In this document: piece by piece, positions 1-12,893 of the stretch
Layout: every line of letters begins with the position of its first letter
Numbering within the stretch: the stretch's first letter is position 1
Assembly (NCBI GenBank): GCA_030704615.1
Contig: CM060732.1
Span: forward strand, 8,556,001-8,620,000
DNA from: Takakia lepidozioides
Taxonomy: Eukaryota; Plantae; Bryophyta
Direction of reading: 5' to 3'
Length of the DNA stretch: 64,000 bases
Position numbers and translations under genes: made by a program
Notes under the pieces: model-generated
Told to the model about the DNA's origin: nothing
Database searches by the model: none
Seen by the model: the letters and a program-made list of their open reading frames with translations, nothing else

Positions 1-350
1 TGGAGAACAGCTTCTAGATTGGCAGTATCTCTCCGTCATAAGGAGCCATTAGATGTGCCAACTTGGGTGCCAATATAAATTGTAATGGGCATTCCAGGCC
101 CTAATCAAACTTAATCTAAATTCTAATCTTGGGTCCTCAAGATTATACAAACGAAATGACTGTATCAGAAATACGTGCACTTCTTTTAGGGGAGTATATG
201 TACTATACAGTCCAAGTATTTAAATATTGTGTGTTTCATGTCTTGATGTTAAATCAATGTTAGTACTCAAAAGTGCATTCTGCAAGTCTTCTACAAGGAT
301 AGATACAGATTTACCAACTCAGGTGTCACATAACCAAAAAGAGGACCCAC

Positions 351-3300
351 CATCACTTCAACTCCATCGAGAATAATGCACCCTATTAGCCGAACTCCAG
401 GGCCAATACGTGCATTTGCGGAGATTGATACATTGGGCCCGAGCTGGAAACCCCCAAACAAAGCGACCATTCTCAGTACATACAACCAAACCTGCTGTTT
501 TATAAATTTCCTTACCATTTCCAATCACTTTATGCTCTTATGACAACAAACTGCGAAAAGATGACCCATGCTTAATTCAATAATGTGTTGAAGTGGAGCA
601 TTAAGACCTTACCTTGGCTGTTGCATGAACTTTAGCAGATCGATGGATGAAGACATCCCCTACAATTGTTGGCAATTTCTTTCCATCTGCAGTTGCTAAG
701 AGCTCAGGTGTGGTCCACTGGTACTGCGATAAGTACAGAGATGAGCACCGCAGCGACATCCTGCCACCCAGCCCTCCTAGTGAAGGCAATTACTTTTTTG
801 GAATTTACTTTACTGTTAGATTCCATGCACAGTAGTATTTCCAGAAGATAACTGTCACAAGAAATGCTTGCATTATGCCCAGTGGTTTAAGGTTGAGACA
901 TATGCCATAGATGAGGAAAGGAGTTGCCAGCATTAGCCCTGCAGTGAAGAAGAGGGTAACACATGTACTGAAAACCCATCCCACTGTCATACCTACCCAG
1001 GAGTTTTGATTTGTTCCCAAAACTCAGTAGTCTCAAAAGTGAAAAGCTTCTTCTTGCCCGCCAGCGGTGTGAGGATGTCCTGATCTAGCCTCACAAAATC
1101 TGTTGGTGTTCTGCACCAATGCCACATCAAATATGTTATTTAAAACTCTCTCTCCCTCTCTATACCCTACCATGTCCCTGCACCTCTGTTCACCAACGTT
1201 CAAAATCTTGAGACTGAGCCTAAAGCCCTGGCCCTCTTGGGTCTGATTGCTGGGCAGCTCACACACAGCTAGTTGATGCTTGTGTGAAGGGCTTTCGTGA
1301 AGATATCTGGAAAACCCGAACTAATTGTCTTTATCAAGGTAAGTCACAATACCAGAGTGAGCCCCTCACAAAGGTAGTTTCTACTCCCTTTTGTTCCGCC
1401 CACACTGGGCACAGGTCTATGGCCACAAGGCTACGGCAAACGATGTCTTATGAATACATTCTATACCCTACCATGAAACCCTGGTGGGTGCAAACCCCAC
1501 AAAAGGCTCCGGAGGGTTAGTTCCCCCCGGGGCCAGTCCCAAGGCTGTGGCAAGCCAACATTCGTGGGTCTTATGAGTACATTCTATACTCTACCACTGT
1601 TCTGCTGGGAGCGGGATCTATGGCCACAAGGCTATGCAAACAACATCTTAAGAGTACATTGTATACCCTACCCCTTTCTGACGTCCCTGCAACGTTCGCA
1701 CATGCATTTGCATCTCTCCTGCATAATCCTCCCTTCTTTCTCACTTTATGTCGATATTAACAAGCATTTTCAAGTAAAACCCAGCCTTGCCTTGGCCACC
1801 ATAGACGGTTATTGCATGGGGAAGATATGAGATCCAGGACATAATCGCGTCAATGAATAGCCTCTACCTTGTGGCAAACCCCATAAAGTGAAGCACTTAC
1901 TTGGCAGTAAAATAAAGAGCCTCAAAGCTGGACACACGCCGGAGGGTGGCTGGCAGGCAAAAAACAACACCAGAAAGCAAGAGTTAACGCAAACCTTGGC
2001 CATTTTCTGAAACCCATGTATAGCCATCTGGAGTCTTCGTCATCCAGCCACCTTACCCCTTATTACCCCTACATAAACTCGATGTGAAATTGCAGTGTAC
2101 TGGATCAATTTTTGCGTATCAAGAAAACACAGAAGTACAACCTGCCAAGAAATCAAAACTCAAAATATTAAGTATGGATTTACAGGCTGTTGCAAGGCAG
2201 ATCATCCAGGTGTAAAAGAGTGTACAATTAGTAACTGACCTCTGTCTATGTGGGAAGATGCCACATCCTTGATGGCCAGAAAAATGTCAGGTGTGAAAAT
2301 GTAAACCCCGCAATTGATGAAGTCACTCACCTGCAGAGTCAAGATGTCAGTAACCCACTTGATAAATGACGGCCAGAGTTGGATGTCTCCATACATGGAA
2401 AAAGTTCCTTTGTGGTGGAGGGTGGTGAGTGCACTGATAACAGTAATCCTTAGACAAGATCGAGATGAGACAACTGCAGCTGTAAGCCTTAGGGGATAGG
2501 ACCTCTCTAGGCTGCATAATGAGCTTGAGATGGACCGCTCTAGCTCCATCATCCCCACGAACATAAGTGCGAGGTGGAGAAAGAGAGAGAAAAAAGGACG
2601 AAGAAAGAGAAAGAAAGGTTCAACCAGGTCCTCATTGGTGTTTCAACTCTGTTTAGTGGCATCTGGACACAAGCTGGTCTGCCTTCTACATCAGAGGGGC
2701 TTACAAATGTCTCCGGCTTCTCCGCATAGTGAAGGAGCTCTCCAGTTTGTGGATCAGCCACAAGTTCGCCAAACTCGCTAGCCACCTCCTTTGATACCTA
2801 TAACCCATCGCATCCCAGTCAAATTTCCACTGGTTCCAGAAATCACTTGTTTCAGGTGATGCACTTGTGTCAGTGGGGGAAAGGTGGATTGGCGGGGTGG
2901 AAAACATGGAAGAGAAACAGAGATGGAAAATCAAAATACCCAAGCCCAGTTTACACAGACAGACAGACAGACAGACAGAGCGAGAAGGAGAGACATCACC
3001 TTCTTAACTAGGAGGGTGCCCATGCCTCCATGCTTTCTATGAGCCGCTGCAGCAGGCACATCAGCATAGATAATGAGAGCTCGCACAGAATCCCATGGCA
3101 TAAACAACTCTCCTTACCCACAGTTTACCATCTTGTCTCTGTCACTTTTTGCCCCTCTTTCTGAGTGCAAGCTGCAACCTCAAGGAAACTTTACAACTGA
3201 GGGGGCACACATCGCCAACCTACCAAGCATTTCAGTCAAAGGAAAGCTGCAGCACACGTCACAATTCAGCACGACAATATCATCCTGGACATAGCCAACA

Positions 3301-6300
3301 CTCCCATCAGTCCAAAAGTGTGACTACACACACACTCTCTCTCTCTCTATACATATATATATATATGGCTCTCTATAGGCTACGGCAAACAAGTCCTATG
3401 AGTACATTCTATGGCTCTCTATCTCTCTTACGAGTACATTTGGCTCTCATACCGTGGGCCATCAGGCCCCATGTAGACATTATATGAGCTTCCTTCTCTC
3501 ATTCTTTCTATTTTCAGGGGGTAATCCTTTTCGTCAGAAGGCTTCAGTTATGAGGAGCAGAGGTGTTTAGCACTCTGTCTCCAAACATTGTTAGGCGGGA
3601 ACTTACCCAGTCTGTAAGAGCTTCAGCTTTTTAGGTTTAGTTGACTTTCTCATTCTTCTTCTTTCTTCTCTCGCACACACAGTGCACCTCTGTTTTCTCA
3701 GTTTGAGAAGCTCAAGACAATGCCAAAGCTGCAACATTCCTTCAGCAGGAATACTGGCACCCAAATGATGGTATCATACATTTCTTTAGAGGGTCTGGAA
3801 GGCCAGAATCAATCTTATGTGTAAAACAAGTCCCGCTACCAGAGAGGGCATTCTCAGAAAGTATTGGACTTACTCTGCTCCCTTCACCACCCACTTTCTA
3901 CTCTGCCAAACCGGTATGGGATTTACGGCCACAATGCTACAACATGCATATTCTAACGAGTACACAGCTCTCTCTTTCTTGCTCACATAATCCTTTCTCA
4001 AATAGGTTTGACACCAATGTTCAACAAGTGGCAATCAACCCAATTACTCACAGTTACCAATCCCAAAAAGCTGCAATGAACTGGCAAATCATGAATGAGA
4101 ATGCAACAATGATGGCAAATAGTGACGTGACATTACAGGATCTTCCTCCATAAGAAGATCTCTGAAGTTGTACAGGCCACCTGCTGATCCATGTGGCCTA
4201 TCCTCTCGCAAGTACCTACAAAGCACAGAGTTTTGAGCTGTTGGTGTACAAATAAGAGCATTCACGGCAGTAAACCCTGCTATGTTCGGTTGGTGGGCCT
4301 CACATACTTTACTGTCCTCCCAGAAAGTGAATGATTCCAGCCAAAAACTGAAAATCTGAGTGCTCCTAGCCTCAGAGGGCTCCTGCATCTGCCAAGAGTT
4401 GGACACTTACTGACCACTTGAAATGCAAGTGTGTGGCGACCATCCAAGATAATCTCACGTGTGGCTAGCTGGACCACATAGTAGGCCTCCAACATAGGCA
4501 ATGGGTGCATGTAAAGCGGGACCATGCATTCCGTGGCCCAACCACTGGGCACTCTGTAGTGCGGGAAAACAGACAAATGGTGGTTGAATCGTGGAAAATA
4601 TTCCAGACTATTTGACTCTCAACAATGCTCCACATGGACTTACCTCACAGGAACCTTAAGCTCATTCGAAAGAGCCGAGATGTAAAGAGTGAATTCCCGT
4701 TCTTCATAGAATCCTATCAAGAACACTTGAGCCAAATCTGGTATCTGTCAACCAAAAAACAACAATTTTAGTCCCCATACCTGCCATCCTCTCCCTAACC
4801 AGTATATATAGGAATACTGCCTGAGGAACATCCACAGCAACAAGATAAACTTCATACTAGGACTTTCTCATGGAAATGTAAGTGAACAGTCTACAGACAA
4901 TCCCTACGAGTCGCTTAGTTACAGCTCTACTATGACAAGTTGACATCTAAGTCTTCTTAAATCCATATATATAATGTTTCACCAGAAGCAACTGCTCCAA
5001 GGGTTGAAGAGGATAGATCCTGGAACTGTTTTTACACTTGGACTGACTTCACTGCATGCTGTTCCTTACTCCTCTCTTCCCCCCCCCCCCGGGTCTTTGT
5101 TCTGGTATGTGGAGAGACAGCTATATGTACCCCATGAATTTAGGTTGCTTTTGTCAGTTGCCACAGACCCCAGCGAATCACAGCAGAATGGGGAGGGATT
5201 GGGAGGACAGCAGAATGGAGACAATTACCATTTTCGCAAGGTTCCTCTCTGTAGAGGTCTCACCTATTCTGGGTTTCTAGCTTTTACTCAGCTCCTGAGG
5301 CAACTGGGAAACCCTAACTTATGTGCCTATTCCAGACTGTAAAACGGAAAAGTCAGTGGTAATGAGAGCAGTGTTTTTCTTCCGGCCTAGAAATATCCAT
5401 TTCAACCATTTTCCAGTGCATTTGTGAAACATTTCACCAGATTTTCGACCAAATTTTTTTGAGAAAATAAACATTGAATAGGAGTAACTATTTTGTTTCG
5501 TATTCACCATTTGTAAGCTGTGAAACTCCAATGGACAACGCGGTAATATATTCTGGGAACATTCGCATTTGAGTCAATTGTTCCATACAAACCTCAGGTT
5601 TTTCATGTTTCCAGCTCTCAAGATTAACTTGGTCCATGGAGATGCAGCTATTTACCTTTCTGTCTTCCATCTCTCCTTAGTTTGTAGCTTAATGCAAAGT
5701 GAAGCTTCTACTATGTCACTGCAGTTTACATAATTCCAAGAAGTGAAGGAAGACAGATCGAGATTTCAAATGTTCAATGCATGTACCTTTTTGCAAGCAA
5801 GAATTGGATGGTGCACCATCGGTTGGCCTGCTAACGGGAAGAGTGGCTTTGCAAGATTTAGGGAGAGTGGTCTAAATCGGGTACCTGCCAAGAGCTGTCT
5901 TCAATAATATGAAACCGGCACATTGGAGAGAACTAAAAAATGAACCACAATGCCAATCTCCAAAGCTGGCAAGATGGTCATCTCTCTCTGGAAATTCAAG
6001 CTAAACTGAGGGCTCTCTCGTTGGAAGAAGAAAGTGACTCGGGCCAAGGTTCACAGGGCCCAATCAACCAGTATCTCAAAACTTAAGCCTCAACTTTGAG
6101 TGAATTTGTGATACAATCTGGATGGATAGCAGAACTGATCTGGCTCGAAGGAAAGTACCTCTACAGTTTATGACAGTGCCTCTTCTTACTATTCTTGCCC
6201 TCTTATTCAACATTATGTTTCGTGCTTTTGAGTGTCCGGATAAATGGTCGGTCCATCTCAGAACTACATGACTCGCAGATCCGCAGATGCAGACATACCT

Positions 6301-6356
6301 TTTGTTGGACCGCCGACCATGATGACTGCAACAGTCTTCCCTTCAGACACTACCAT
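351..6356 (-). CDS. GMPPA: Mannose-1-phosphate guanylyltransferase alpha / KONJAC-type (GMPPA), multi-exon, 3' end beyond the left window edge
   Basis: Twelve GT-AG exons read on the minus strand with consistent phases: 6356-6299, 5884-5787, 4744-4644, 4215-4137, 3284-3224, 3046-3000, 2797-2705, 2330-2240, 1949-1901, 1110-997, 760-613, 443-351. Spliced translation: [168 protein letters not shown]. These are the hallmark motifs of the GMPPA/KJC nucleotidyltransferase plus hexapeptide-repeat domain. Confidence 0.95.
1380..1675. repeat. Short dispersed intronic repeat (two adjacent copies; related copies near 3375-3440, 3920-3965 and 14610-14770)
   Basis: Recurrent motif ctatggccacaaggcta(c/t)g(g)caaac...ttatgagtacattctataccctacc seen at several positions. 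Confidence 0.6.
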
Positions 6357-7696
6357 GGCTGGTGCGTCATGGCCTGTCTCAACTCCTGCCATAGCTTCAG
6401 CCTCCTAATCGCCGGGTCAATTTGGCAACCGCGGCAGAAAGAGAACGGCAAATAGTCGACTGTGGACTACGAAGACGTTGTAGGTTGTGAATAGCTAATG
6501 CTTCCATGGACTTCACATCCACCTTCTCAGCTGGAATGACGGCAGCTGTCTGCCAAATTGCTCGAAAACAAGAAATATGTCTGCAGACCGTCCAAAGTTC
6601 AAACGATCTGAGCCAGCCTTCGAAGCTCTTACCCAATTGTTCCCGGGATTGTAAGTAGGATATATCTCCTGCTTACTGTAGGGAGTCAGGCCAGAGCCAC
6701 GACCTCTGTCGTCTTCATGCCGGGTACCAAAATGACACGCTGTTTCTACTCTCTGCGTTAGAAATTATTGAGGAGCGAAAGCGACTTCCACAGCATATCC
6801 CTTCTTATATTCATCCTCGAGGTCACTTTCTCCCTTATGTAGCTGCCATGGCAAGTGATCTGTGTCTCTCTCAGATTCTTGCACGGAGGCGCAAGTCAAT
6901 CAACCACCCAATCGACCTGCAACACACATTCATGACTGCAGAGCATACATGTACACTCACATTAATCACTCCTCCACTCTGCAATCTAATCTCTGCCTCA
7001 TCTCTGCCAACCAAGCTCAATCACTCCTCCCCAACCTCCCCTTCTCGACGCCCTCTGGCCTCGCAGTCAATCGTGGTAAATCGGTTTTCACCTCCTCATT
7101 TGTACCTTCCTCTATTCAGGCTCTTTTTCTTTATTTCCTTTTTGTTTTTTTTAATGAAAAGGGAGTGAGGCCAGGCTGGAAAAATTATTTGGAATTATTA
7201 GGGGGAAAATTTTTAAAACCCCCGGGTATTTTCCTATATTTTCTAGGTTATTTCCTTAAACCAAAAGGGGACTCGGCGAGCCCTGTTTTTCCGTATAATG
7301 TGTATGTAGAAAATTTAAATAGATAAATAAAATAATATCAGTTAATATTTATAATTAAACAGTCGACTGAGTTATGAGAGTCAATTTTATGTTTTCTATA
7401 ATTTCGACGTGGCAGTAATTATTTTATATAATATAAATAGGGCAGAAGAGTGTCAGGGCCAATTAATGACTTAACGGTGCCTAGAATATTCTAAGCATCA
7501 ATCCATCCCCATCTGACCATGTGCTCCATTATGATTGAGGTGTGATGGTCATGATGCACCATACACGTCGCATGATACATGACCCCACATGTACATGTCA
7601 TACCACCATCTTGATTTGCGGACACATTATCCAATCAGTTTAGGTTTTTATTTTTTTCATAAAATATTGTTTTCTTAAATTAAAAGCCATGCACAT

Positions 7697-9075
7697 CGGC
7701 TGGTAGCTCAGCGGGTAAGTGCACAGTGTGACGCCATGGGTGGTTCGGGGTTCACACTTCACACCTAGGGAATTCCAAAAAGGCCTTGATGTGCACCGCA
7801 TTGCAATTCACTTGATCACCCCCTAAAAGTGCGCAATTCAATTGAACTAACCGTAATTTGCAATTCAATTGAATTGTCGGCACACGATTCAATTGAATCG
7901 CTAGTTGGCAATTCAATTGAATTGCTGACTACAATTCAATTGAATTGTAATCTATAATTTTTAACTTATTTCTGTATATAATATATATATATATATTTAA
8001 ATTATACATATATACATACACAGGTATAAGCTAAAAATACATGTTGCCCGTCTATTCTTGTTGTCCGTCTGTCAATCCTTTGCCCGTGGTAAGGCTTGAG
8101 CCCAAGATAAGCCTAAGATAAGCCTAAGGGAGAGCGAGAGAGGGAGAGAGAGAGAGGAAGTCACGAAGCGCTTGTAAAAGCGGGATTGTCTCTCTTTGTG
8201 GATGTTGGTGCCAATATATGGCTATGTACATATACCAAACATGATACCAATGTAAGAGTATCAACGTGTAAGAGTTTGATATATTAAACTTATATAGAAC
8301 ACACATCCCAACTTCAACATGATACCTTTGTAAGGGTATCGAAATTTTTGATAATTCTCAAGATGAACATATTTTTTGTTTTCTTTGTCTTGGGCCAGAT
8401 ACTAGTGTTAGGGGACTACATGGTGATGCAGGGGAAGCCTTTCATCATTTGTCAGGTTTGATTTTGTCTGTTTTTTTCGGAGCCAGCCATGTTTCTTTTG
8501 CCAGTGAATCAGAGGAAGCTACTGATCTATCTCCGTCTCTGGCTCTCCCTTCCTCGCTGAGGCTGGCTTCACAACTCCACAATTTCCTCAAGGGCACAAG
8601 AAAGAGGGCCAGCAAGAATAGACGGGCAACATGTATTTTTAGCTTATACTCTTATATGTGTATAAATATAATTTGAATATATACATGTACATATATATTA
8701 TATATTATATACAAAAATAATTAAAAATTATAGATTACAATTCAATTGAATTGTAGTCAGCAATTCAATTGAATTGCCAATTCACAATTCAATTGAATCA
8801 TGTGCCGACAATTCAATTGAATTGCAAATTAGGGTTAGTTCAATTGAATTGCGCACTTTTAGGGGGTGATCAAGTGAATTGCGATGCATTTCACATCAAG
8901 GCCTTTTTGGAATTCCGCTGCCCTCCCATGTGTGTGGATTGTGTGTGACGGGATGTCTGGGCGTTGTTCGTCCTCTAGGTCTCATGGCCCATGAATGGTT
9001 AATTCTTCCCCTCCTCAAGGGCCTGATTTGTGGGCTATCGCTCCAAGGTTTCAATTTTTTTTTAATAAAAAAATC
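7697..9075 (+). mobile_element. Putative tRNA-derived SINE, split by the fold-back element at 7769-8916
   Basis: The head cggctggtagctcagcgggtaag has an A-box-like TAGCTCAGCGG, followed by a degenerate B-box-like gggttcacacttc. The body resumes at 8917 and ends in a T/A-rich tail (tttttttaataaaaaaa, about 9055-9073). Confidence 0.5.
7769..8916. mobile_element. Fold-back/MITE-like element with ~290-bp terminal inverted repeats
   Basis: 7769-~8060 (GGAATTCCAAAAAGGCCTTGATGTG...CATGTTGCCCGTCTATTCTTG) is the reverse complement of ~8612-8916. Each arm carries five copies of the palindrome-cored motif (CA)ATTCAATTGAAT(TG). There is no coding capacity. Confidence 0.88.
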
Positions 9076-9651
9076 CATAGGCAGTTACTTTTACTGAAAA
9101 GGGGAGGAGTAAAGTAAAGTTTGTTTTAATGTCCAGTGAATTTACAGAGCCTACTGCTGCCCATCGAGGGGCCAAAGGGGCAAAGTAAAACCCCCCCGAG
9201 ACACACCCAGAACGAGCCCAGACAGAATGAAGAGCAGCGATATTTTTTGGAAATTTTGGAAAATAGCACGAGTGGCTGCTGAGTTTTGTAGAAATAGCCG
9301 CATATTCTGTTCATCCATTGAAATTTGGATAGAATCATCCTCCTCTGTACTTTCATCCACTGATATCATCCATATTTTGGCAAATTCATCCATTTTTTAT
9401 TTTTTATTTGGAGAATTTTGGTGATTTCATCCATGAAAAAACATGGAATTTGTGATAGAGTATTCCATTTTATTTTGTGAGGTCGAAATTTGGCAATTAT
9501 TTGCCACAAACAATGGCGGTGAAGAGAGAGACGGCAATTGCCAAAATATATATATGAGAAAAATGCGAGCACCCGCTCCCCATCAACCGTTTACGTTCCA
9601 AGTAAGCCTCAACCCTTCTATCTCATTTATCATATATTCTACTTATGTTAA

Positions 9652-10002
9652 CCCCTAAAGGACGAGAGGTGTTTTGGGGAGGGCCTCACAAGCCCCCCAC
9701 TCCAACCCCTGCATTGCCCCCCGCCGCAAAATCCCACCCGCGTGGCCGCTGCCACCTGCCACGTTGACGGTCAACTGTCGTGCCCCCCCCACTCCACCCA
9801 AAATCCTACAATTTCCAAACTTCAAAAAATTCATGACGGCAGAGTTTTTCTCTGTTGGGGGCGCCATAAAGACCTGCGTGTGCAGCTCGTTCCGCGCTAC
9901 ATTTTTCGTTCAAGCCGCTTGTTCATCGGACTTCATCCGTGCATGCTACGGATGGATGAAAAATTGGGCCGACCCGATTCGGGTCGGCTCGTCGTTTAGG
10001 GG
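9652..10002. mobile_element. piggyBac-like non-autonomous element (MITE) with TTAA target-site duplication
   Basis: TTAA|CCCCTAAAGGACGAG (9648-9666) ... CTCGTCGTTTAGGGG|TTAA (9988-10006): a 15-bp TIR with one mismatch, starting CCC and flanked by TTAA. A subterminal hairpin gccgacccgattcgggtcggc lies near the right end. Confidence 0.72.
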
Positions 10003-10029
10003 TTAAGAACCCTAGTAGATGTAGAATCT

Positions 10030-12258
10030 TATGCCTCAAACCCCATAAACCTCATCTATCTGGATGGAATATCCTCCTTTCCATCACATGAAGGTGTATT
10101 CAATATGCTATTAGGTTTGGATCTTCTTCCCTTTAGCATCCCAATTCCTCAAGTTAAGCTCATCTTACTCTCTAAATTCTTCATGGAGCTAGTGAGGAGG
10201 CCTAAAGCAGCTCGAACTGGACTTGAGCCCTTCACTCGTTTTATGCCAATTCCTCCCCACATACATGATGCTAGTATCAATCAAGAAACATACATCATGC
10301 TCAAGTGGAACTCCGTAAGCCAATGTCTAAAGCTTCTCTTTATCACAAATGGATCTCCTCCGCTCTACCCTCGGACAAAAGGACCAGGTTTCGTTTCTTC
10401 TGCAACATGCCATCATTTGAGTGGACACATACCCTTAGCCTGACACAACCAAACGATGCATATTAAACCATCATCTTGGAACATTAGGGGGATAGGCTCA
10501 GATCATTCTAGTTTTAAGAAAACCAAGTAAATAGCATGGCTCAATCCCAGCCTCCTTGCCTTGGAAGCCATTGTTTCCTTGAAGAGCACAAACTATGCCA
10601 TAGCAAGATACTTAGACTCACTGGCCACCTTTGGCCTATTAATACAGCCCTGTGGATTAAGCCTTCCTCTGAGGGCTCAAGAGGAGGAACGGCGATCCTC
10701 AGGTATCCCCCTCACTCAGACAATACCTGTTCAAAGATGACATTTGGGAGCATGGTATGGTACAATTATGTAGAATGGATTTGTGTAACTTCATAAGTAA
10801 ATAGATGAGTCGTGAGACTACAACATGCACAGATGGCTACTTGCTGGCAATTTTAACATGGTAGAAAAAGAGGAGGACATGAGGGGCAAGGGCTCTCCTC
10901 ACCTAAGCCCCGAGAAAGAAAATCAATGGTAGTTCTTGATTAATACACACAATTTGATGGAGATAGAGGGACCCCAATAGACCCGAATGGGATCCACACT
11001 TTCTTCACTTGGACAAATAACCATAGTATGCAAGATCTGAGTATATATGGCTAGACTAGATAGATTCTACGCTTCAATTCCCCTAGTAATCAACGTACTT
11101 GGTGCCACATGAACCAATAGCCCTAGGTTTTGATCATGCAGTTCTAGCCGCCACCCTTTCTCTGCCTTTGGTGTAAAAGCAAGGTAGGGGTATCTATGAA
11201 CTAAACACCATCCACCTTAAGATACCATCTAATTTCAAGTTAGGGTTGGAAACTGCCTGTTCTCAAGTCGACAACCATCTACTCTGCTCGATCATCAAGT
11301 TCCGAGCAAAGGTTATTGCTTCTTGCAAAGCCAGCCATGGATCTAAGCAAAGATATCTTTGTACAACAAAAAAGACGCACCCTCGCACTAAAGACATGTT
11401 TAGGGATTTGTCAGAAAAAGATAGAAGCAAATTCTTGTGATGACCACACATTCTAAACTTACCTAGTTCATTGAGATACAACCTGGGAGATTGTCAGTTC
11501 CTTCATGAACAGAGAATGAGGATGCAGGTCGGCATCACCTGGTCCTGTAAAAGGGAGAAAATGTCCAAATATTTCTTCAAGAAAACTAAACTTAGGAGAT
11601 CGGTTCAAAGAATCTTGGGACTCTATATCAATCAAGCAAGAACCAGATCTTCGAAGCAGGCAAAAGAGACGTGTGCAATAGCCTTTGCACATTTTAGTAA
11701 CCTATTCAAAGCAGACACTCATGATCCTCAAAACCTCCCACAGCTCCAGCACTGCCTCTCACTCATCCCCCCCTAAGCTGAATCTGATAGAGTCTGCTTT
11801 CATAGCATACATCTTTATGGAACAATAACTGGAAGACGCACTAAACCTTATGAGCAACAACAAAACACCCGGTGTAGATGGTCTACATGTGGAATTCTTC
11901 CTCATGTTGCAGAAGACTTCTGCAAGGTGGCTAACTCAATAAAAACCTGCAACTTGATGTCAGGTGCTATGTCTCAGGGCGTGATCACTCTCATGTTCAA
12001 AAATGGGGATAGGGCTAATATTGGTAACTATAGACCCATCACCCTCCTCAAGTTTCATACAAGATTATAGCAAAGCCACTAGCTCTGAGAATTCAGCCCC
12101 TCCTCCCATCTTTAATTAGAATGGGACAGGTTGGTTTCATAAAAGGTAGATACATTCTGGACAACGTACTATTGGCTCAATTGGCCTCTTCCTACGCCTC
12201 TGAATCCAACAAAGCCCTGGCCTTATGGCTTTTGGGCTTCGAAAAGGCATTTGATAAG
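10030..12258 (+). mobile_element. Degenerate LINE (APE endonuclease plus 5' part of RT), truncated by the element starting at ~12259
   Basis: WNIRGIG at ~10478 (APE start), W.L.GNFNMVE, NKTPGVDGL (~11860), NYRPITLL (~12027), GQVGFIKGRYILDNVLL and FEKAFD (12121-12258), with many stops and frameshifts. It resembles the LINE at 57-62 kb. Confidence 0.85.
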
Positions 12259-12893
12259 AGGTTTGTATTCCATGAGCCCATGAGCATGAGCGGAGCAGTA
12301 ACGCACTCAGGTTTCATGCGCTGACCAGCAAGAATCTCCCAATAACGGCAGTGTACGGGAAAATAAAATTTTATTCATATAATTATTAAAAATAATATAA
12401 TATAATTATATCCAATATATTGGCGACAACTGTAATGAAACAATGTTGGGTTCACATGTCCAAGCATAGATTCTTCTACAGTTTGTGGGCATAACTGCAC
12501 CGATATGGAAGGCGGACCCCCATATCCGCGGAATTACATGTAGTATGACCGTTAAGTACAATGTCTATAACCGTGGAAACACTTGCACGAGCATACCCGA
12601 TATTGGAATAAAGGCACAATTATAGTGAACAGGGGAACTCACGAAACTTGAATGTGGAAAAAAAGCACAGTTATAGGAGAACAGAAGCATGTCCACACCA
12701 CCAACGGGAAGCAGTTTCGGATTCCCGGAGGGAATATTGTTTGGGGTAAGTTAGGCAAATACATGGCATGTCATACAGAATGAAAAAACGAACCGAAATA
12801 GTATTGGGCCACGGTCATTATAACGAACAAAACATCTAAACACCTCAACACAGGCGCCAAAATAGAGTGCAAAGTTTCATGAAACCGAAGACA
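12259..12893. mobile_element. Probable 3' terminal segment of the Mutator-like/SWIM element whose coding part lies at 20.5-22.8 kb (separated from it by the CACTA insertion)
   Basis: It begins exactly where the LINE RT breaks off. Its terminal motif (tattccatgagcccatgagcatgagcgg) resembles the motif downstream of the SWIM ORF at ~62960 and the inverted one at ~40460-40497. Removing 12894-20419 joins it to the end of the SWIM ORF. Confidence 0.5.

Noticed and set aside
1268-1310. Extra GMPPA exon or copia RNase H motif (DIFTKAL)
   Set aside because: It ends in a stop in the required phase. The true exon ([12 protein letters not shown]) is at 1901-1949, and no other copia motifs are nearby.
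7697-7768. Functional tRNA gene
   Set aside because: Only the A-box region is tRNA-like; the T-arm/B-box is degenerate and no acceptor stem closes. Treated as a SINE head.
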